Source: Octopus vulgaris (Eukaryota). From it: a stretch of DNA of 64,000 nucleotides. The notes under the pieces were generated by a model, which made no database searches, had not been told where the DNA came from, and was given only the letters and a program-made list of their open reading frames with translations. Made by a program: the position numbers and the translations under genes. Of the stretch, positions 61,676 to 64,000 are shown piece after piece. Position 1 is the first letter of the stretch, and each line of letters opens with the position of its first letter. The stretch is from assembly GCA_951406725.2 (NCBI GenBank), contig OX597827.1, positions 58,528,001 through 58,592,000 of the forward strand, read 5' to 3'.

Positions 61676-63301
61676 CATCATCAACATTTAGCGTCCGCTT
61701 TTCATGCTAGCATGGGTTGGATGGTTCAACTGGGGTCTGTGAAGCCAGAAGGCTGCATCAGGCCCAGTTTGATCTGGCAGTGTTTCTACGGCTGGATGCC
61801 CTTCCTAACGCCAACCACTCCGTGTGTGTAGTGGGTGCTTTTTACGTGCCACCCGCACAGGTGCCAGACGGAGCTGGCAAACGGCCACGGACGGATGGTG
61901 CTTTTTACGTATATATATATGTGTGTGTGTCTGTGTTTTTTCCCCCAACATCGCTTGACAACCGATGCTGGTGTGTTTACCTCCCCATCACTTAGTGGTT
62001 CTGCAAAAGAGACCGATAGAATAAGTACTAGGCTTACAAAGAATAAGTCTTGGGGTCGATTTGCTTGACTAAAAGGCAGTACTCCAGCATGGCCACAGTC
62101 AAATGACTGAAACGAGTAAAAGAGTATGGGGTGCCATGTAAAAGCATCAAGCACACTCTGTAAAGTGGTTGGCATTTAGAAGGACATCTAGCTGTAGAAA
62201 CTGTCAAATCAGATTGGCATCTGGTGCAGCTTGCCAGCTCTGGTCACACTGTCTAGCCCATGCCAATATGAACAACGGGCATTAAATGATGATGAAAAAT
62301 TGTTTTTCATTTCTGTTAGTTTATGACTAACTTATCACAAAATATTGGGTTGTTTGGAAAGTTTGTGCCGATTTTAAAGGAAAGAAAATGGTCAATAAAT
62401 ACTTGCCATTACATTTTTAATCAACCAGATATGAACCATTTTGTTGCACAATGCGTCTCCATCTTTCCTTTAACTTGAAAATACCCTCTTCCCAGAATTG
62501 AGGTGGTTTCATGGCAAAGAATTCATCAAGGTATATTTTTACGTCATCCATGGAATTGAAATTTTTACCATTAAGACTATTCTGCAGAGACCTGAATAAG
62601 TGTAAATCTGAAGGAGCAATATCTGGTGAACATGGAGGGTGGGGTAACACATCCCAGCCGAGCTGCAGCAATTTTTATCTGGTTCCCAAAGCATCAAGTG
62701 CCGAAAATGAACTTCCTTATCTTCTATTTTAAAGGGTTACAGAATTAGCACAGATTATAGGAACATAAGCCTTCTTCCACGAAAAGATAGCTTAAACTGT
62801 GCTCTAAATGGAGGTGTAGTCAAATCCTATTTTATGGACTTAAACATGTTCTAAAATAAGTTGAAAGGTAAGCTACTATAAATCGGCACGAACTTTCCGG
62901 ACAACCCAATATATTGTTAAACTCTCTCTACTTTTAGAAGGTTTAGAGGTTCTCTGACTAAAGCAATATACATTTACAGGGGTCTTCTTTAAAATAAGAT
63001 TACTCTGCTAAATTAATAGCATTTTTTTCTCAAATGATTGATTTTTTTTTATTGATTATTGTTTGTTCTCCCCATTCAGTCACAAGTTAAATGCAATATG
63101 GTTTTACATTAATATAGTGACAATAAGTGGCCAACATATTTTTGTCTTCCTTTTATAGCAAGAAACATTGAGCCAACAACAGCTGAAGGTGAAGGTGACC
63201 GAAAAGAAACTGGAGACTGCCACCAAGGAATATGAGGACGAAAGCAAGAAATTGAAACAACAGCTGGATGAAGTCCGATCTCAGTTAGAGGAACAACAAA
63301 A
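6685..63301 (+). CDS. DCTN1: Dynactin subunit 1 (p150Glued), partial multi-exon gene: 25 constitutive coding exons, about 934 aa; CAP-Gly exons upstream and C-terminal exons downstream of the window
   Basis: Spliced translation contains p150Glued hallmarks recalled from human DCTN1: [88 protein letters not shown]. All introns are GT-AG and phases are consistent across all 25 exons. Confidence 0.97.
7545..8092 (-). mobile_element. Three tandem SINE family 1 copies or fragments, minus orientation
   Basis: Repeated reverse-complement core aaggatgaaaggcaaagtcgaccttggtggaatttgaactc. Confidence 0.85.
8288..8520 (+). CDS. DCTN1: DCTN1 exon: Ser/Thr/Arg-rich linker [19 protein letters not shown]...[17 protein letters not shown]...TRTVSQ (phase 1->0)
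   Basis: Acceptor tttgtag, donor CAG|gtgagc; open frame (ORF 8278..8574); phases fit both neighbours. Confidence 0.85.
9144..9550 (-). mobile_element. 5'-truncated RTE-type LINE (3' end of ORF2 plus (GAT)n tail) with an 11-bp TSD
   Basis: Minus [11 protein letters not shown]...[12 protein letters not shown]...[11 protein letters not shown]...AMMDREVWR; ACATGGCTCAT duplicated at 9133-9143 and 9551-9561. Confidence 0.88.
9600..10072 (+). mobile_element. Two head-to-tail SINE family 1 copies with (TTA)n tails
   Basis: Units 9600-9840 and 9841-10072. Confidence 0.88.
10126..10323 (+). CDS. DCTN1: DCTN1 exon: start of CC1, [10 protein letters not shown]...[36 protein letters not shown]
   Basis: AAG acceptor after a pyrimidine tract, donor gtaagt; strong similarity to p150Glued CC1. 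The 5' boundary was chosen by phase. Confidence 0.92.
10440..10960. repeat. (CAT/CAC)n-derived low-complexity tract with a 21-bp minisatellite core (gtcattgtcacagccgtcacc)
   Basis: Direct reading; explains spurious ORFs 10412..10894 and 10651..10878. Confidence 0.92.
11783..11854 (+). CDS. DCTN1: DCTN1 exon: [24 protein letters not shown]
   Basis: ctttgtag / AAG|gtaaat; 72 nt; corresponds to human [24 protein letters not shown]. Confidence 0.93.
12894..13001 (+). CDS. DCTN1: DCTN1 exon: [36 protein letters not shown]
   Basis: tttttgtag / AAG|gtaaat; [10 protein letters not shown] signature. Confidence 0.97.
13107..13335. mobile_element. TTAA-flanked (piggyBac-like) MITE, family B
   Basis: TTAA-CCCTTTCGTTA ... 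TAACGAAAGGG-TTAA; reverse-orientation copies at 20815-21036 and 60246-60473, partial copy at 40415-40508. Confidence 0.85.
14062..14618 (-). mobile_element. Non-autonomous mariner element (internal deletion derivative), TA TSD
   Basis: TIRs TTGAGTTGTCCGGAAAGTTCGTGCC / GGCACGAACTTTCCGGACAACCCAA flanked by TA; minus strand encodes [13 protein letters not shown] and [18 protein letters not shown]. Confidence 0.92.
15716..15812 (+). CDS. DCTN1: DCTN1 exon: [32 protein letters not shown](G)
   Basis: tatttcag / AAG|gtaagt; phase 0->1. Confidence 0.95.
16700..17090 (-). mobile_element. CR1-type LINE 3' fragment
   Basis: [29 protein letters not shown] is the typical CR1/L2 post-RT motif; short (TTTTTGC)n tail near 16700. 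Confidence 0.85.
17235..17313 (+). CDS. DCTN1: DCTN1 exon: (G)[25 protein letters not shown](K)
   Basis: ttcttgtag / gtaagt; QNxRLKxALV motif; phase 1->2. Confidence 0.96.
17393..17615. mobile_element. Tigger/pogo-type MITE
   Basis: TA-CAGTAATCCCTCG ... CAAGGGATTACTC-TA. Confidence 0.7.
17940..18333 (+). mobile_element. SINE family 3 with internal ggcacataaaaagcac repeats and a (GAT)n tail
   Basis: aagggcatccagctgtagaaac...ccaacccatgccagcatgga...gacgttaaacgatgatgat; copies near 3340, 21775, 28470(-), 31437(-), 39194(-), 49925(-), 50370, 61676(-), 62130. Confidence 0.83.
18372..18531 (+). CDS. DCTN1: DCTN1 exon: [15 protein letters not shown]...[10 protein letters not shown]
   Basis: ttttttag / CAG|gtaatg; MRDLS and ELKEQ motifs; phase 2->0. 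Confidence 0.96.
18665..18940 (-). mobile_element. SINE-like family 4; second copy near 36712-36908
   Basis: Shared ccttcggtcatgaatgaccatgg...gttatccaaggg-aaaggcaaaggcc block. Confidence 0.7.
20325..20345 (+). CDS. DCTN1: Candidate 21-nt DCTN1 microexon LSEVLAK (phase 0->0)
   Basis: taattgtttttcag|TTATCGGAAGTTCTAGCCAAG|gtaaac; symmetric and keeps the heptad register. Confidence 0.55.
20815..21036. mobile_element. TTAA MITE family B nested in a family A MITE (about 20613-21045)
   Basis: Host end gccggtTTAAatgctaaa is split, with TTAA duplicated on both sides. Confidence 0.85.
22271..22297 (+). CDS. DCTN1: Candidate 27-nt DCTN1 microexon LDFNASLDW (phase 0->0)
   Basis: tttctgttgtccttttgcag|CTGGATTTCAATGCCAGCTTGGATTGG|gtgatt; moderate donor. 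Confidence 0.35.
23163..23390. mobile_element. TTAA MITE family A; other copies near 2320-2522, 16273-16490, 31355-31828, 32262-32460, 41870-42095, 63890-64000
   Basis: Shared consensus ttaaccctttagcattcagattactctgtcaaatgtaatgc ... ggtttaaatgctaaagggttaa. Confidence 0.8.
24568..24687. repeat. Inverted repeat, about 50-bp arms
   Basis: atttagtgaagggaagaaatggagctgaacgaagattctacaaaatt and its reverse complement. Confidence 0.92.
24775..25034. mobile_element. hAT-type MITE; truncated related copy at about 23858-24020
   Basis: AGTGGTTTTCAAC ... GATTGAGAACAACTG; shared internal ccatat-gcccttggg motif. Confidence 0.6.
25322..25530. mobile_element. Tc1/mariner-type MITE
   Basis: TGCTGAAAAGTTCCTGGCTTT ... 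AAAGCCAGGGACTTTTCAGCA, TA-flanked. Confidence 0.72.
25806..25924 (+). ncRNA. Minimal type-I hammerhead ribozyme motif in a Penelope-like remnant
   Basis: gac-CTGAAGA-GTGGCTATGTA...TACATAGTCAC-GAAAC-ACGT-GTC-gtc: full catalytic core, 11-12 bp stem II, palindromic stem III, GUC cleavage triplet ending at 25913. Confidence 0.75.
29299..29501. repeat. Imperfect inverted repeat (probable MITE)
   Basis: gagggtcattatgccaataa ... ttattggcattatgaccctc. Confidence 0.75.
29830..29934 (+). CDS. DCTN1: DCTN1 exon: [35 protein letters not shown]
   Basis: ttttgtag / gtaaat; [10 protein letters not shown] signature. Confidence 0.97.
31115..31216 (+). CDS. DCTN1: DCTN1 exon: [34 protein letters not shown]
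   Basis: atttag / GAG|gttggt; [15 protein letters not shown] signature. Confidence 0.97.
32794..32883 (+). CDS. DCTN1: DCTN1 exon: [30 protein letters not shown]
   Basis: tttacag / CAG|gtatga. Confidence 0.96.
32965..33375 (+). mobile_element. Tandem SINE family 1 copies
   Basis: Same core; (TTG/TTA)n tails. Confidence 0.82.
33983..34099 (+). CDS. DCTN1: DCTN1 exon: [39 protein letters not shown]
   Basis: gttttag / AAG|gtcagg; FDFKxKFAE motif. Confidence 0.96.
35259..35551. mobile_element. hAT-type MITE
   Basis: CAGAGGATTCC ... GGGAATCACTG with degenerate 8-bp TSD ctttagaa/ttttagag. Confidence 0.6.
36115..36281. repeat. Inverted repeat, about 54-bp arms, enclosing a hammerhead core
   Basis: tgtaaatgtaatatgtgacaattattcggtag ... 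ctaccgaataattgtcacatattacatttaca. Confidence 0.9.
36150..36215 (-). ncRNA. Degenerate hammerhead motif within an inverted-repeat Penelope-like remnant
   Basis: Minus strand ggataa-CTGAAGA-GATG...CATC-C-GAAAC-TTGGA-GTA-ttat. Confidence 0.45.
36370..36466 (+). CDS. DCTN1: DCTN1 exon: [32 protein letters not shown](G)
   Basis: ttgacag / CAG|gtgagc; start of the dynactin (inter-coiled) domain. Confidence 0.96.
37362..37447 (+). CDS. DCTN1: DCTN1 exon: (G)[28 protein letters not shown]
   Basis: ttctatag / AAG|gtttgt; PRxxxKAEL motif. Confidence 0.95.
37727..38120 (-). mobile_element. CR1/L2-type LINE 3' fragment
   Basis: [10 protein letters not shown]...[19 protein letters not shown]....ASFK motif; (TTA)n tail. 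Confidence 0.82.
38421..38548 (+). CDS. DCTN1: DCTN1 exon: [42 protein letters not shown](S)
   Basis: ctttgcag / gtaagc; phase 0->2. Confidence 0.93.
40200..40415 (-). mobile_element. SINE family 1 copy
   Basis: Reverse-complement core. Confidence 0.82.
40691..40805 (+). CDS. DCTN1: DCTN1 exon: [38 protein letters not shown]
   Basis: ttcttag / CAG|gtaagt; PEMxxHExxLD motif. Confidence 0.96.
42178..42231 (+). CDS. DCTN1: DCTN1 exon: [18 protein letters not shown]
   Basis: ctttcaag / CAG|gtaagt; continues KDQ-LDETV. Confidence 0.94.
42378..42509 (+). CDS. DCTN1: DCTN1 exon: [44 protein letters not shown]
   Basis: ttttccag / CAG|gtatat. Confidence 0.95.
42649..42732 (+). CDS. DCTN1: DCTN1 exon: [28 protein letters not shown]
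   Basis: gtttccag / AAG|gtaaga; LLRDLET motif. Confidence 0.96.
43120..43325 (+). mobile_element. RTE(BovB-like) LINE extreme 3' end with a C2H2 zinc finger; partly duplicated at 43421-43582
   Basis: [22 protein letters not shown]...[21 protein letters not shown]. Confidence 0.75.
43378..43415 (-). ncRNA. Minimal type-I hammerhead ribozyme motif, copy 1
   Basis: Minus strand CTGT-CTGATGA-ACGGCAACGA-GAAAC-TCAGA-GTA-ACAG; stem I CTGT/ACAG; GUA triplet. Confidence 0.65.
43636..43673 (-). ncRNA. Minimal type-I hammerhead ribozyme motif, copy 2
   Basis: Identical to 43378-43415, offset by 258 nt. Confidence 0.65.
44065..44130 (+). CDS. DCTN1: DCTN1 exon: [22 protein letters not shown]
   Basis: ttttctaag / GAG|gtaagt; completes KK-IRRRLP. 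Confidence 0.95.
44570..44672 (+). CDS. DCTN1: DCTN1 exon: [34 protein letters not shown] (phase 0->1)
   Basis: tctacag / gtaagt; LLDC motif. Confidence 0.94.
45605..46125. repeat. Diverged direct duplication of a ~180-bp block (period about 330 bp)
   Basis: aaggaaggt..aaat.acgtgatctg...ggcagggatttatctccc...gcattttgcaccaaaagccaa...gtttaagtggggataaat at 45605-45785 and 45936-46122. Confidence 0.85.
48078..48233. repeat. Near-perfect palindrome, about 76-bp arms
   Basis: tattaagggcattactatacataaat...ccataataaac-atgt-gtttattatgg...atttatgtatagtaatgcccttaata. Confidence 0.93.
48494..48520 (+). CDS. DCTN1: Candidate 27-nt DCTN1 microexon (S)SRQQSKSD(D) (phase 1->1)
   Basis: cacatttctcctgttcag|GTTCAAGACAACAATCCAAATCAGATG|gtaaat; symmetric, matches the phase-1 intron, no stop. 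Confidence 0.6.
51315..51895. repeat. AT-rich minisatellite (about 32-36 bp unit, ttatgcataatatgtatatacataatatatat)
   Basis: Direct reading. Confidence 0.92.
52245..52850 (+). mobile_element. Array of about three SINE family 1 copies
   Basis: Repeated heads gagctggcagaa and (TTA/TAG)n tails. Confidence 0.82.
54005..54380 (-). mobile_element. SINE family 2 copy
   Basis: Reverse complement of the 61477 element without the nested insert. Confidence 0.85.
60023..60122 (+). CDS. DCTN1: DCTN1 exon: [32 protein letters not shown](R)
   Basis: tcctgaccag / gtaatg; NEG, EELA and PYECLR motifs; phase 1->2. Confidence 0.95.
60246..60473. mobile_element. TTAA MITE family B inserted in a decayed SINE
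   Basis: TTAA-CCCTTTTG ... CAAAAGGG-TTAA; SINE B-box ttctgagttcaaatcc resumes after it. Confidence 0.85.
60767..60860 (+). CDS. DCTN1: DCTN1 exon: [31 protein letters not shown]
   Basis: gtcattag / gtaagt; TMNKxAxAMxxGEYD motif. Confidence 0.96.
61033..61161 (+). CDS. DCTN1: DCTN1 exon: [43 protein letters not shown] (CC2)
   Basis: ttttatag / AAG|gtaagg. Confidence 0.95.
61477..62125 (+). mobile_element. tRNA-type SINE family 2, full length, interrupted at about 61676-61912 by an inverted family 3 SINE
   Basis: Head ggctgtgtggtaag...ggttccgggttcattccc; internal (TG/TA)n; other copies near 6975, 8615(-), 19580(-), 21165(-), 38570, 40865(-), 54005(-), 56205(-). Confidence 0.85.
62345..62909 (-). 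mobile_element. Second copy of the same non-autonomous mariner element
   Basis: Same TIRs and TA flanks; ORF 62417..62671 [28 protein letters not shown]...[19 protein letters not shown]. Confidence 0.92.
63159..63301 (+). CDS. DCTN1: DCTN1 exon: [47 protein letters not shown](K) (CC2)
   Basis: ttttatag / gtaaga; EKKL motif; phase 0->2, continues beyond the window. Confidence 0.94.
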
Positions 63302-63563
63302 GTAAGATTTTTTTTTCATGCTAATATAATTGACATTATATTAAAATTTGAAAGGTAGCATGCTGGCAAAATCATTGGCATGCCAGACAAAATGCTTTGT
63401 AGCATTTCTTCCAGTTCTTACATTCTCAGTTCAAATAATACTGCTGCAGTCACTTTTGTTTTTTGTTTTTTTTTGTTTTTGGTGGGTGGTCAATACAATA
63501 AATACCAAAGGAGCACTGGGGTTGCTCTAAATTGTGCTAAAATTAGTAGGGCTTATTTCAAAA

Positions 63564-63807
63564 TTGTAGTAAAGATTGTTTGCCAACATAACATGGCAGT
63601 CCTGGTTTAGGACGAATGTTGCTGTAATTTTTTCCCAGGAGACATCGTCTCCAGCTGGCTACATGACACGATCTGTGTCCTTGTTTGAAAAGACACAGAT
63701 CATGTCATATAGCCAGCTGGAGACGGACTCCTGGGGCTAAATTACAGCAACATTCATCCTAAATCAGGTGTGCCATGTGTTATGTTGGCAAACAATCTTT
63801 ACTACAA
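63564..63807. repeat. Long palindrome, about 115-bp arms (foldback/MITE-like)
   Basis: ttgtagtaaagattgtttgccaacataaca...gatctgtgtc / gacacagatc...tgttatgttggcaaacaatctttactacaa. Confidence 0.95.
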
Positions 63808-64000
63808 AGTACTGTTGCTGAATATCTCACGGGAGATTTAAAAATAGTAATTTTCTATTTCAAAATTTCATGTTAGCAACATTAATCATTTAACCTTAGC
63901 TTTCAGATTTCCCAGTCAAGTGTAATGTTTATTTAATCGCATTGTTTGGAATTAATCATGCATTATCTTATAGCTTGAAAATTCTCAAGGATATGACTGT

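Overview
This is AT-rich eukaryotic DNA, not prokaryotic. The SINE/MITE/microsatellite landscape looks like an octopus (coleoid cephalopod) genome, which is an inference from recalled repeat families. The whole window lies inside one + strand gene, dynactin subunit 1 (DCTN1/p150Glued). I read 25 GT-AG coding exons from 6685 to 63301 (2804 nt, about 934 codons) that splice in frame with consistent phases. They run from just after the CAP-Gly domain through CC1, the dynactin/inter-coiled domain and into CC2; the 5' and 3' ends lie outside the window. The introns contain tRNA-type SINEs, RTE and CR1 LINE fragments, mariner deletion derivatives and TTAA/TA/hAT-type MITEs. Four observations go beyond that annotation. 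(1) Several minimal type-I hammerhead ribozyme motifs sit in (TA)n-embedded Penelope-like remnants: one essentially intact motif is sense to the DCTN1 pre-mRNA (25806-25924), and a tandem pair 258 nt apart is fused to an RTE zinc-finger tail (43163-43675), a retrozyme-like layout. (2) Four frame-preserving candidate microexons (18, 21, 27, 27 nt) include an exact one-heptad insert in CC1 and an ATG-initial exon that could give a CAP-Gly-less isoform. (3) An SxIP EB-binding motif lies in an expanded Ser/Arg linker. (4) Long intronic hairpins next to exons are plausible ADAR substrates. Everything was read by eye; no alignments or folding were run, and repeat boundaries are approximate.
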